DNA of 64,000 nt, taken from a virus. Its lineage: Duplodnaviria; Caudoviricetes. Below, in pieces: positions 38,454 to 47,111 of this stretch. The notes beneath the pieces were generated by a model. It ran no database searches, was not told the origin of the DNA, and was given only the letters and a program-made list of their open reading frames with translations. Location: the IMG/VR virus record IMGVR_UViG_3300036766_000439, positions 2,086 to 66,085 of that record; one strand, given 5' to 3'. Positions within the stretch are counted from its first letter, which is position 1. Each line of letters begins with the position of its first letter. The translations under genes were made by a program, and so were the position numbers.

Positions 38454-39581
38454 TCAGGCTTTCGCGGGCTCGAACGGCACCACGCCGTTAAGCAGGGGCG
38501 ACACCTTGCGCATAATTTTTTCCGCCTGGCGGACGATGCGTTTGGGCTCGATGTCGGCCAGAACTTCACAGACGCCCTTGTCCTTCGACGGGCAGTTGGC
38601 CGGGAAGTGGTTCCGCATGGTGGCGGAGGCGTGATGGAAGCACGGGCACGCCTTGCTGTTCACGCTGCCGGTCAGGGCCACGGTGGTCGGGCAATGCTTT
38701 GTCCGCAGCTTCCACGGGAACGGGCCATAGAGGCCGACGGCCGGCACCCTCAGGGCACCGGCGACGTGGATCAGCGCGGAATCCGAGCCGATCACACAGT
38801 CCGCGGTGTTGATGAGGGCGCACGACTGGCGAAAGGTCAGGCCGGAGCGGGTCAGGTCATGCAGCGTTGGCGGAAGCTGAACCCGTTGGTCCCATTTGAT
38901 CTCGCCCGGCGTGCCAAGCAGGAACACCTCCCAGCCCCGCTGAATCATGTCCTCGCAGCCATTGATAATGAGTTGCTGGGGATAGACCCGGCACTTGGCG
39001 GAGGCACCAACCTGCACGCAGACGCGCGGCATGCTGTTCCGCGGGTAAGCCTCGTTGCACCAAATCGCCTCCGTCGGCTTGACGGCATAGGCCGGATGCA
39101 GGTCTGCGATGTCGGTGATGCCGACAATCTCCGCGAACAGTTCCGTCATGTGCAGTTCCTTCGCGCGGGAATTTTTTTCGATGGCGTTTTCCAGAAACAC
39201 CCACGCATCGAACGTCTCCGCCACGGCCAGCGGCACGGGGAACTGCACGATCTCATCCACGAACGGCAGATTCGCCAGGGCCACGCCGTAATGTCCCATG
39301 GTGGAAACGGCCAGATGCACCGACGGCCAGCGGCGTTTGATCTCGCGGAGCACGGGGGTCAGGAGAATGAGATCGCCGAATCCGCCGGCCCGCTGGATCA
39401 GTATGTTTCTCGGGGGTGCTCCAGTGACGAACCTCCGCACCTCGCGCAGCGGCACCATGCTCCCGCCGTCCGCCATAAGCAGCATTTGCGCGGCCACGAT
39501 GTCCGTGGACAGATATTCGCCCGGAGGATAAATGTCCTGTGGGCCAAGTTCGAGGCGGACGGGCAAGTTAAGGATATGCAT
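38454..39581 (-). CDS. GT9 (ADP-heptose heptosyltransferase-like) glycosyltransferase
   Basis: GGFGDLILLTP, DSALIHVAGAL..P.VGLYGP, Cys-rich C-terminus. Confidence 0.85.
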   Translation of the reverse strand: MHILNLPVRLELGPQDIYPPGEYLSTDIVAAQMLLMADGGSMVPLREVRRFVTGAPPRNILIQRAGGFGDLILLTPVLREIKRRWPSVHLAVSTMGHYGVALANLPFVDEIVQFPVPLAVAETFDAWVFLENAIEKNSRAKELHMTELFAEIVGITDIADLHPAYAVKPTEAIWCNEAYPRNSMPRVCVQVGASAKCRVYPQQLIINGCEDMIQRGWEVFLLGTPGEIKWDQRVQLPPTLHDLTRSGLTFRQSCALINTADCVIGSDSALIHVAGALRVPAVGLYGPFPWKLRTKHCPTTVALTGSVNSKACPCFHHASATMRNHFPANCPSKDKGVCEVLADIEPKRIVRQAEKIMRKVSPLLNGVVPFEPAKA

Positions 39582-39583
39582 GA

Positions 39584-39853
39584 TTAGTTTTGGCGGGAGA
39601 GAAAAGCCTGGATATTGGTTTCGTCGGTCGCGAGCATCCTTTCGAGTTCTTCGTAAATCAGAAAGGCTTGCCGTCTCAGTTCGCGTTCCTCGAATCCGAT
39701 GGGTTTGTATTTCAAATCCTTCTCGGCCTCGGTGCGCTTCTGCACGATCCGCCGCTGATAGTATTCCTGAAACGCCTCGCTGTTCTGGAGGGTCTTGATG
39801 TGGGCGAGATCCCGGACGGCCCGCTCCTTGGCAACCTGTTGGGCTTCGTCCAT
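39584..39853 (-). CDS. Hypothetical protein
   Basis: MDEAQQVAKE...; coupled to the repressor and GT9 genes. Confidence 0.6.
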   Translation of the reverse strand: MDEAQQVAKERAVRDLAHIKTLQNSEAFQEYYQRRIVQKRTEAEKDLKYKPIGFEERELRRQAFLIYEELERMLATDETNIQAFLSRQN

Positions 39854-40074
39854 CAGTCGAGCAGCGGAATTTTCTTGATGCCCAGGGCGCGGCAGAGCGC
39901 GGCATAAACCTCGATGCTCGGGCGGCTCACCGCGTTTTCGAGATTGAAATAATGCTTGTAGGAAAGGCCCGCCTTGGCCGCGAGGGCCTGTTTGGTGAAT
40001 CCGCCGGCGGTGCGCAGGCGGCGCAATTCGGCGCTGAACCGTCCGAGGGTCTTGGGGCAGGTGGTGTTTCTCAT
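39853..40074 (-). CDS. XRE-family HTH regulator
   Basis: LRRLR...TKQALAAKAGLS......LEN....PS. Confidence 0.85.
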   Translation of the reverse strand: MRNTTCPKTLGRFSAELRRLRTAGGFTKQALAAKAGLSYKHYFNLENAVSRPSIEVYAALCRALGIKKIPLLD

Positions 40075-40105
40075 GTCGCAAGCAACGGCATGAGTCATTT
40101 TCTTC

Positions 40106-40155
40106 TCTCGTCAAACAAGATTTTGATTGACGAAGCAAATGCTTGGTTTACCCCA
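40106..40155. promoter_or_regulatory. Divergent promoters with operator
   Basis: TCTCGTCAAACAAGA (40106-40120) overlaps a leftward TTGACG; a rightward TTGACG begins at 40127. Confidence 0.55.
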
Positions 40156-40299
40156 TGGGTCCAGCCGTTCGCTCCGGCTCCCTCGACTCTTTACCTTTTC
40201 CCCATCTTCCCTCACCGGGAGCGCCTTGTCCGACCTGTCATGGGCCATGCTCTTGCATGGACGGCGAATGACCGGGGCGGGGCAAGGCGATATTTTCCC

Positions 40300-40431
40300 A
40301 TGAATCCGATCCGCTTCTATCAAATCCTTGTGCTCATCCTGACGCTCACCGTCTGCGGCGCGGTGATCCTGCTGATTCTGCGGGCCGGTCCTCCGTCGCT
40401 GAACTTCCCCATCATATCGAAGAAGCCATGA
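40300..40431 (+). CDS. Small membrane peptide
   Basis: MNPIRFYQILVLILTLTVCGAVILLIL... Confidence 0.4.
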   Translation: MNPIRFYQILVLILTLTVCGAVILLILRAGPPSLNFPIISKKP

Positions 40432-40562
40432 ACCTCGCCCGCTCCGCTTCCGCCACGCTCACGCTGTCCTTTGAGCAGGCTTTGGCCTTTCTGCTTTTGG
40501 CGATGATCGCCGGCTTTGTGCTGGGCTTTCTGCTGGGCCACGACTTCCGCTCCGACCGATGA
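40428..40562 (+). CDS. Small membrane peptide
   Basis: ATGA-coupled on both sides; single TM segment. Confidence 0.4.
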   Translation: MNLARSASATLTLSFEQALAFLLLAMIAGFVLGFLLGHDFRSDR

Positions 40563-42316
40563 AAAAAAAGACCCCCGTATTGGATATGGATGAGGACATA
40601 CCGGCTCCCGTGGCGCCGCCCGTCGAGGAACCGCACTGGCCGGAGGACGCGCAGCCGGTGAACGGCGTCGAACTGCCTGCGCCGGCACCCGCGTGGCGGT
40701 CGAGGGGAGCAAACCCAACCCGTTGGCTTCCCCCTCCTGCTGTCGGCCGCACGCTGCCGCATTCCATTGAGGCGGAGGAACACCTTCTATCCTGCCTGTT
40801 CCTTGACGGAGCGGACATACTGGCGAAGTGCCAGGCGGCGGGGCTGACGGCGGAGAGTTTCTATGACTCCAAGCATGGGCTGATTTACGGACTGTTGTGC
40901 GGTCTCCAAAAGGCGGGGAAACCGCTGGAGGTATCGGTCGTAGCGGAGGAACTGAAATCCGCCCGCAAGCTGGACCAGGTGGGCGGATATTCGTTTTTGG
41001 TGCAGGTTTCCTCGCGCATTCCGACGACGGCGCAGGCGGGCTTTTTCATTGAGAAGGTGCGCGAGCAAAGCCTGTTGCGCGAGGTGATCCGCTCGGCCAC
41101 CACGACAGTTGAAGACTGCTACAGTTTCTCCGGCGGGATCGATGAGTTTTTGGCGGAGCAGGCGGGGAAGTTTGTTCGTGTGACAACAGGTGGAAGCCTT
41201 GAACCGGAGCAACCGGTGCCGCTGACCGCCTTTCAGGTGCCGCCGGAGGGGGACGCCTCGATTTTGCTGGGGAACCGGTTTTTGTGCCGCGGAGACGGGG
41301 CGGTTTTGGTGGGCACGTCGGGCATGGGCAAGTCTTCCATGTCGATCCAGATGGCGACAGGCTGGGCCTTGGGGCAGGCAGTCTTTGGCATCAAACCCGC
41401 CGGGCCGTTGCGGAGCCTGATTATCCAGTCGGAGGATTCGGATGGGGACGTGGCGGAAATGTGGGCCTCGATGCAGCACGCGCTGAAACTCACGGCCGCC
41501 GAGATTGCTGCGGTGACAGAGCGCGTCCTGGTGCGGACAGAGCGCGTCCTGCGCGGGGACCGTTTCATGGCATCGCTGCGCCGCTTGATAACGAAACATA
41601 AACCGGATCTCGTGTGGCTGAATCCCTTACAGGCTTTCATCGACGGGGACGTGACGGACTCGCAGGACTTGGGTAGGTTTCTGCGCGAGGGGCTGAACAG
41701 CGCCAATCCCGGTCTCTTTGGGTATGTCATCGTCCATCACACGACGAAACCCGCGACCGGCAAGGACCGCTCGGACCGGCTGTGGCATGAGGTGATGTAT
41801 GACATGGCGGGTGGCGCCGAGATCATCAACTGGGCGCGGGCGATCATGTCCTTGCGGGCGGCGACCGAGGAAGGTCAGTTCAATCTCGTCCTGGCGAAAC
41901 GCGGCCGCCGGGCCGGGGTGACAAAATCCGTGGCGCAGGGCGCGGGGTTCCGGGATGAGCCGGTCACGACGCTGCCCTTGGCGCACGCCAAGGGTTTCAT
42001 CAAGGGCAACCTCCTGGGCCTCAAAAAAGACCTCCCGTTGATTCACTGGGAGACGCGCGAACCGGACGCGGGTTCTCCGGAAAGCACCGCGAAAGGCGGA
42101 CGACCGGAGAAATACAGCTTTGACGACTACCGCAATTTGTTTCCAGCGCACAGTGAACCCGGTTTGGAAATTGCTCCGCTGCACAAGCGATTGGAGACGA
42201 ATGCCCCGATTACCAAGGCATCCCTGCATAATTGCCTGAAACGCTGGGCCGAAGATGGCTTGATCGAGGTGATTAAGCCCGCCGGACACCCCATGCGCTA
42301 CCGCCTGCTGGTTTGA
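40559..42316 (+). CDS. Replicative helicase-like protein: DnaB N-terminal domain fused to RepA/AAA_25 ATPase
   Basis: LPHSIEAE..LL, FY...H..IY, VGGYSFL (DnaB-N); GTSGMGKS, QSED, HHTTKP (AAA_25). Confidence 0.8.
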   Translation: MKKKTPVLDMDEDIPAPVAPPVEEPHWPEDAQPVNGVELPAPAPAWRSRGANPTRWLPPPAVGRTLPHSIEAEEHLLSCLFLDGADILAKCQAAGLTAESFYDSKHGLIYGLLCGLQKAGKPLEVSVVAEELKSARKLDQVGGYSFLVQVSSRIPTTAQAGFFIEKVREQSLLREVIRSATTTVEDCYSFSGGIDEFLAEQAGKFVRVTTGGSLEPEQPVPLTAFQVPPEGDASILLGNRFLCRGDGAVLVGTSGMGKSSMSIQMATGWALGQAVFGIKPAGPLRSLIIQSEDSDGDVAEMWASMQHALKLTAAEIAAVTERVLVRTERVLRGDRFMASLRRLITKHKPDLVWLNPLQAFIDGDVTDSQDLGRFLREGLNSANPGLFGYVIVHHTTKPATGKDRSDRLWHEVMYDMAGGAEIINWARAIMSLRAATEEGQFNLVLAKRGRRAGVTKSVAQGAGFRDEPVTTLPLAHAKGFIKGNLLGLKKDLPLIHWETREPDAGSPESTAKGGRPEKYSFDDYRNLFPAHSEPGLEIAPLHKRLETNAPITKASLHNCLKRWAEDGLIEVIKPAGHPMRYRLLV

Positions 42317-42317
42317 C

Positions 42318-42710
42318 CTACTCGACTTCCAGCGGGGCACTCAAGACATACAGCGTGCCGTCCCGCTGGAGTTTGCCGTCAGCGACCAATCTCTCTGCTT
42401 TCGCCCGCACGGTGTTCTTGTGCATTGGAATCTTGGCCTGCACTACTCGGGCAAGCTGGTGTTGCGGCAGCGGTCCCGCTTTCAGCGCCTCAAGGATTTC
42501 ATCTTCCCCGCCCACGTCCGGCCTGCCTCCCAATTTCCCGCTGCCCGTATTCTTTAGATAAAGCCGCCTAAACTTCCCGCACCAGTTGTCGGCCTCTACA
42601 CTCGGGAAACCTTCTCCCGTCGGAGGATTGTAATGGCATGTTCCAACCTTGTCGAAATAGCGGCACGCTCCGCACCCGTTTAACTCACCTTCTTTTTGTA
42701 GTGGATTCAT
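42318..42710 (-). CDS. Hypothetical protein (Cys cluster plus wHTH-like)
   Basis: CGACRYF...CHYNPP...WCGKF N-terminus. Confidence 0.6.
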   Translation of the reverse strand: MNPLQKEGELNGCGACRYFDKVGTCHYNPPTGEGFPSVEADNWCGKFRRLYLKNTGSGKLGGRPDVGGEDEILEALKAGPLPQHQLARVVQAKIPMHKNTVRAKAERLVADGKLQRDGTLYVLSAPLEVE

Positions 42711-43340
42711 GCCTTATTGTATTTCACATATTTACCGTAAATGCAACGCATATTTCATCCTCTGTTTTAATAAAGTTTAATTTCCTCACTTTCTCTGTGC
42801 GCGTTTTAACTCAGATTTGGCCATGGGGCCAATCTGATTAGTTAAAACGTGCGAAAGTGTGATTTTAATTTTTACCCCTTTTCCCCATCCCTGTTTAATT
42901 CTCCATCTTCCCGCCCTCTACCTCCCTTTTTGCAACGCCATACCCACCCCTTCTTTTTCGGGCATACCACCCCCAAGCTTTTTCAAAACGAAGGAAAGCC
43001 TGAGTAGGTAAGATGATTTTCACACCCGTAGCGCCGCCTAGAATGGGCATACTGGGGGTCGGGATCTCGGGAAGGGCCGCGCGGAGGGTCGCAGCGCGCC
43101 AAGCCCAGCCGGCCGGCGCTCGTCGCACCCCGAACCCCAAAAGGCCGATGTGCTCGGTGCCTGCAAGGTGCCCAGTCCGCCCGCTCCCTGGCAAACGCGG
43201 GCAAACAGCCAAATGGTGAGGGTCAGGACACTGGGGGGGTGACAGAACGCGCCAAATCGCAAGGAAACGCCACTGTTGCAAGTAACGCAATATCAGAAGG
43301 TTATGAATATGCATATTGACAGTCAATCACTTACGAATTT

Positions 43341-43368
43341 GCTTAACATAATGACGATTGTGCGAAGA
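43341..43368 (-). other. dif-like XerC/XerD recombination site
   Basis: Minus strand TCTTCGCACAA-TCGTCA-TTATGTTAAGC versus E. coli dif GGTGCGCATAA-TGTATA-TTATGTTAAAT; 11-6-11 layout, intergenic. Confidence 0.7.
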
Positions 43369-43445
43369 ACTGTGCGTAACTCATTGCCTGGCGCGTGTCT
43401 TATGCGAAAAGAACGCCCGTTCGCTCCGGTCGCTATTGCGACTGG

Positions 43446-43913
43446 TCACTCGACCTCGACCACTTTTGCCGCCGGTTTAACCCGCTTGGCCGCGGCCAGG
43501 CCGGCGCCGATCCGCGGAACCTGCTTGGCTTTGAGCGCGTCGAGTTCGCGCTGCATCGCCTCAATCACGTCGGGGCTGTTGCCGGCCTCCTCGATGTTCA
43601 CGCCAGACCTTTTGATTTCGTGCATGATGCGTTTGAGGGGTTCGCCCTCGAAGTGGCTGAAAATGCCAAAGACCGCCTTCAACTGGTTCGTGGTGTCGGG
43701 CTCGAACACCCAATCGCCTTGCGTGCCGTTCGCGGCAATGGCAGACTTATCCCAGACCCGCCGGCCCGCGGTCAACCCACGCTCCAAGCTGTCCGCAATC
43801 TTCTTCACAATCTCGGGGCGGGACAGAAGCTCGCTAGCGACGAACTTGCCAATGCCTGTGCCGGCGTTCGGGGCGAGGGATTCGATTTCTTCGGAGGTGT
43901 TTCGTTTGGTCAT
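43446..43913 (-). CDS. Hypothetical protein (possible terminase small subunit)
   Basis: 155 aa helical protein; function inferred weakly. Confidence 0.45.
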   Translation of the reverse strand: MTKRNTSEEIESLAPNAGTGIGKFVASELLSRPEIVKKIADSLERGLTAGRRVWDKSAIAANGTQGDWVFEPDTTNQLKAVFGIFSHFEGEPLKRIMHEIKRSGVNIEEAGNSPDVIEAMQRELDALKAKQVPRIGAGLAAAKRVKPAAKVVEVE

Positions 43914-44158
43914 GCTTGACGCTGCGTATGGGTAGGCGCGAGAGAACTAACATATTTATATATCCGCATGTCAAGATAGGTGCAGGAAATTATGGGTAGG
44001 CGTAAGAAAATGAACATGGTGGAAGGGTAGGCCGAAAGGAGTAGGATGTAAGAAATGGGAGGGTGGGACAAAGCAATGTCCCAGGGTGAGAGCATATACC
44101 AATAAAAGTTGTAGTGATGAGGAAGGGGCAAGGGTTTACGAAATGTAAAAAAGATAAA

Positions 44159-44173
44159 TCTCGCAAAACGAGA
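44159..44173. promoter_or_regulatory. Operator TCTCG-N5-CGAGA upstream of early operon
   Basis: TCTCG-CAAAA-CGAGA, about 80 bp upstream of ATG 44252. Confidence 0.55.
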
Positions 44174-44251
44174 GAGGGAGGTGGATATATACCGACGAAA
44201 GAAACAACGACAGGAAACAAAGTCGGATCAGACTCAAAACGAAAAAACAAC

Positions 44252-44752
44252 ATGAGCACACAAAAAGCGAAGTTTGAACTATATCGCCGGCTGCAAGAGC
44301 TGGGCTTTGGCTATGAGGAGGCGACGAGCCTCCGCCGGATCGAGATGGCGCTGAAACGCTGGGCGGAGCGCGAGTGCGGCGACGGCTCCAACTGGGCTGT
44401 AGAACGGGACGAAAAAACGGGCAAGCCGTTTAACGTCTATCATGGACCCGGTGCGGCTCGCAGCTACCCCATTGTAGACAGGGAGGCCGGGGCCCTGCGG
44501 AGGCTGAAGAAAATAGTCTGGGCGCGCAATGACCGGGAGGCGGCCCATGCGACCGGCCGGGAGGTGCTGGCCTACCATCAGGGTGATCCGCGGGGGTGCA
44601 TGCTGTATCTGGTGCGGTCGGGTGATTTGCCCGAGGTGAGTGACGAAAGCATGGTCAAGTGCTCCGGGCCGGCGGTGATTAAGGACGGGGCAAGCCGGCT
44701 GCGCTGGCTGCTGTCCTGCTTTTACACGCGGGGGCTGGCAATCTGCTGCTGA
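44252..44752 (+). CDS. Hypothetical early protein
   Basis: LRRIE..L.RWAE.EC, YHQGDPRG..LY; A-rich leader. Confidence 0.7.
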   Translation: MSTQKAKFELYRRLQELGFGYEEATSLRRIEMALKRWAERECGDGSNWAVERDEKTGKPFNVYHGPGAARSYPIVDREAGALRRLKKIVWARNDREAAHATGREVLAYHQGDPRGCMLYLVRSGDLPEVSDESMVKCSGPAVIKDGASRLRWLLSCFYTRGLAICC

Positions 44753-44774
44753 GAAACCTCTAACCAACGAAAAA

Positions 44775-45062
44775 ATGAAAAACGAAATCATCCACGACGG
44801 CCTCAATCCGCACGACATAAAAACCGGCAGAAACCGGGTGGAATACGGCACGATCAAAACGTCAGACGGCATACTGATCGACCTCGTGCAGCTGGCCTAC
44901 CTCCAGCAGGGCGGCACGCCGACCCAAACCTGGTATGAGGCGGCCGGCGAGGATCGCGCGACGGGCGACGACTACAAAATTTACTGGGAAATAACGCAAA
45001 GCGATACTGAGGACGAGTCCGAGGCATGCGACTGGGACGAGTTCGAAGTTAACAAACTATGA
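44775..45062 (+). CDS. Hypothetical early protein
   Basis: Acidic, ends DESEACDWD. Confidence 0.7.
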   Translation: MKNEIIHDGLNPHDIKTGRNRVEYGTIKTSDGILIDLVQLAYLQQGGTPTQTWYEAAGEDRATGDDYKIYWEITQSDTEDESEACDWDEFEVNKL

Positions 45063-45098
45063 GCCGAACGAACCGCAAACAAAACCAAAAAGCCAACG

Positions 45099-45386
45099 AT
45101 GAAAACCGAAATAAACCTCTCCCTCACGGGACTCCCCACGACTCCGGCGGCACCGCTCAAAGGCCGTGATTTCCGCCGCTGCGACTGGCCTTTCCGAAAC
45201 GTCGGCCTCGCCGCCGCCGTGATTGCCGCCCTGCCAGCAGCTCACAAAACTACGGTCGCGGTGCGGCGCACCGGCGGATATTTCGGCTGGCACACGGCGA
45301 TCTCGCCAGAGGCGGCGCAGGCGCTCAAAGAAATCATCGCGCTGCTCAACTCGAAAAACCGGCTGCTCTTGCCGCCAAAAGACTGA
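45099..45386 (+). CDS. Hypothetical early protein
   Basis: A-rich leader, 95 aa. Confidence 0.6.
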   Translation: MKTEINLSLTGLPTTPAAPLKGRDFRRCDWPFRNVGLAAAVIAALPAAHKTTVAVRRTGGYFGWHTAISPEAAQALKEIIALLNSKNRLLLPPKD

Positions 45387-45485
45387 GCACTCCTTGAGAG
45401 TCCAAGATCTTCCGTCGTTGGACCGCGCCGAAAGGCTGGCCAGCCCGCGGGCCGCGACGAAAACAAAACCAAAAAACCAACGAAA

Positions 45486-45725
45486 ATGAACTCCTCGAAA
45501 TACGCACTACTCAGCACCCCGGAAGGCAAGCGCTACGGCACGATCATATCCACTCACCGCAGCGCCGAGTCGGCGCAGGCCGCCTACGACCGCGTTGCCG
45601 CTCGGGTCTCACGGCGCAACCCCGATGCGCTCATCGATCTCATGTATGAGGTGAGCGCCCTCCCGACCCCCGCCGGCCGCACCGGCACCAAGGGCCAGCG
45701 CATCGCCATCGACCTCACCCGATGA
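45486..45725 (+). CDS. Hypothetical early protein
   Basis: A-rich leader similar to that of 45099. Confidence 0.6.
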   Translation: MNSSKYALLSTPEGKRYGTIISTHRSAESAQAAYDRVAARVSRRNPDALIDLMYEVSALPTPAGRTGTKGQRIAIDLTR

Positions 45726-45860
45726 GCCGCGGCAACCCCGGCCACCTCATCCGCTAAAAAAAAAACTCCACCCATGAAAACCCTAGTCAAACCCATCGCG
45801 TTCGCGTGGAGGGTGGCTTATATGAAAAACCAACGCCGGAAACTATTAAAACCAAGCACC

Positions 45861-46094
45861 ATGAAAACACATATCGAAACGACGGCGGACCGCACGATGG
45901 AAGCCCGCAGCAAGTTGGATGAATGCCAACAGAGCGAAGCGAAAGCGCGAGGCGATTATGAGTCAGCGCAAGCGGCCAAGAGCCGCGCGACACTCCGTTA
46001 CTACCTTGCACAGCGGGCGACGGAGTGCGCCGCAAGTGAACTGCAAGCGGCGCAGGAAGCGCACCAAGCGGCGAGGGCGAGAAGCCCCGGCTGA
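45861..46094 (+). CDS. Coiled-coil hypothetical protein
   Basis: Ala/Glu-rich helix. Confidence 0.5.
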   Translation: MKTHIETTADRTMEARSKLDECQQSEAKARGDYESAQAAKSRATLRYYLAQRATECAASELQAAQEAHQAARARSPG

Positions 46095-46227
46095 CCCGAC
46101 GAAGAACCCCCATGCCCTACAAATCAAAGGCGAAACAGAAACGTTACCTTAATCGGTGGCGGCGGAGGCATCCGGACTACATGCGAGAGTGGAACCGGGC
46201 GAATCCGGGCTATCACAAGGCACTGCC

Positions 46228-46410
46228 ATGAACAACGACCCCAGCCCCGACCAAACGGAATACGAGCGGGTGCAGCGCGAGCGGGATCTGGACGCGCAGG
46301 AGGCGCGGGCTGTGAGACTGGAGCGGTTTGGCTGGGGGCTGGAGGGGATGCAGACCGAGACGGCGCCGCCACTTTTGCCTGAAACTGAAACCACAAAGGA
46401 AACCCCATGA
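46228..46410 (+). CDS. Hypothetical protein
   Basis: MNNDPSPDQTEY... Confidence 0.45.
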   Translation: MNNDPSPDQTEYERVQRERDLDAQEARAVRLERFGWGLEGMQTETAPPLLPETETTKETP

Positions 46411-46544
46411 AAGCCCTGCGCCTCGCGTTCTACTGCTTTAACACCGCCTGGATGTTCCTGGTGTTCCTGCTGGTGTTGATCGTGCTCTGGCCGATGCTGA
46501 ACTGGGAAGAACGAAAGGAAAAAAGTGAGACCGCTAACTATTGA
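46407..46544 (+). CDS. Small membrane peptide
   Basis: AAGGA RBS, one TM segment; ends at the first attC-like site. Confidence 0.45.
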   Translation: MKALRLAFYCFNTAWMFLVFLLVLIVLWPMLNWEERKEKSETANY

Positions 46545-46715
46545 CCAAAAGGCCGCGCGCCTGCACGCCGCGAAGCCCTGGCTGTCGCATGCCGCCGTGA
46601 TGTCTGAGCTTGCCTCTCGCCCAAGGAGAGGCAAGAAAGTGCCCGTAATGAAAACCAGCGAACGGCGCCACCCGTGGCAGGAACGCGCGGACTGTGGCTA
46701 AACGGTCGGTTAGAC
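46532..46715 (-). repeat. Long/degenerate attC-like site (distal end of array)
   Basis: CGCTAAC...GGCCGCGCG-CCTGC pairs with GCAGGAACGCGCGGAC...GTTAGAC; 184 bp with an inner hairpin. Confidence 0.5.
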
Positions 46716-46725
46716 TTCCGATTTT

Positions 46726-47016
46726 ATGACCATCACGATCCAGATAGGTAATACCGACGACAAACTCACGCAGGCCGAATGGTCTGACTTCGTGGCTCTC
46801 GTCCACGACTATATCGAGCGATACGTCGAAGATCGCGCCGCAAGTGTGCATTTCTTCGGCGTGTCGGCCGACTACGAGCGGTGGCAAAATGCGGTGTGGG
46901 TCGTCTTGCTAATGGACGAACAGGAGCCGTCACTGCGCGCTGACATCAGCACCGCACGCCGGAAGTTCCGGCAGGACTCCGCCGCCTGGACAACCGGAGA
47001 AACCTCTTTCGTCTAA
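46726..47016 (+). CDS. Cassette hypothetical protein
   Basis: IGNTDDKLTQAEWS..WQNA; flanked by GTTAGAC/GTCTAAC with its stop inside the R box. Confidence 0.75.
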   Translation: MTITIQIGNTDDKLTQAEWSDFVALVHDYIERYVEDRAASVHFFGVSADYERWQNAVWVVLLMDEQEPSLRADISTARRKFRQDSAAWTTGETSFV

Positions 47017-47100
47017 CTCCAAATATGAGCCAGATGGCCACTCCACCTGATATGAAAACTACAAAAAAACGTGCGCGGAGATCATCTTTCTTTGCCGAAC
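47011..47100. pseudogene. Collapsed cassette remnant
   Basis: attC arm (GTCTAAC-TCCAAA-TATGAGCCA) followed by a copy of 52124-52159 joined to a copy of 52465-52495. Confidence 0.7.
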
Positions 47101-47111
47101 TATTTTCAACT

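Noticed and set aside
37974-39587. Long antisense ORFs (e.g. 37974-39587+, 15497-16837+, 2011-3312-, 11696-12895+)
   Set aside because: Shadow frames of well-supported genes in high-GC DNA, with no motifs.
43069-43076. KOPS-like GGGAAGGG pointing toward the dif-like site
   Set aside because: A single 8-mer in GC-rich DNA is expected by chance.
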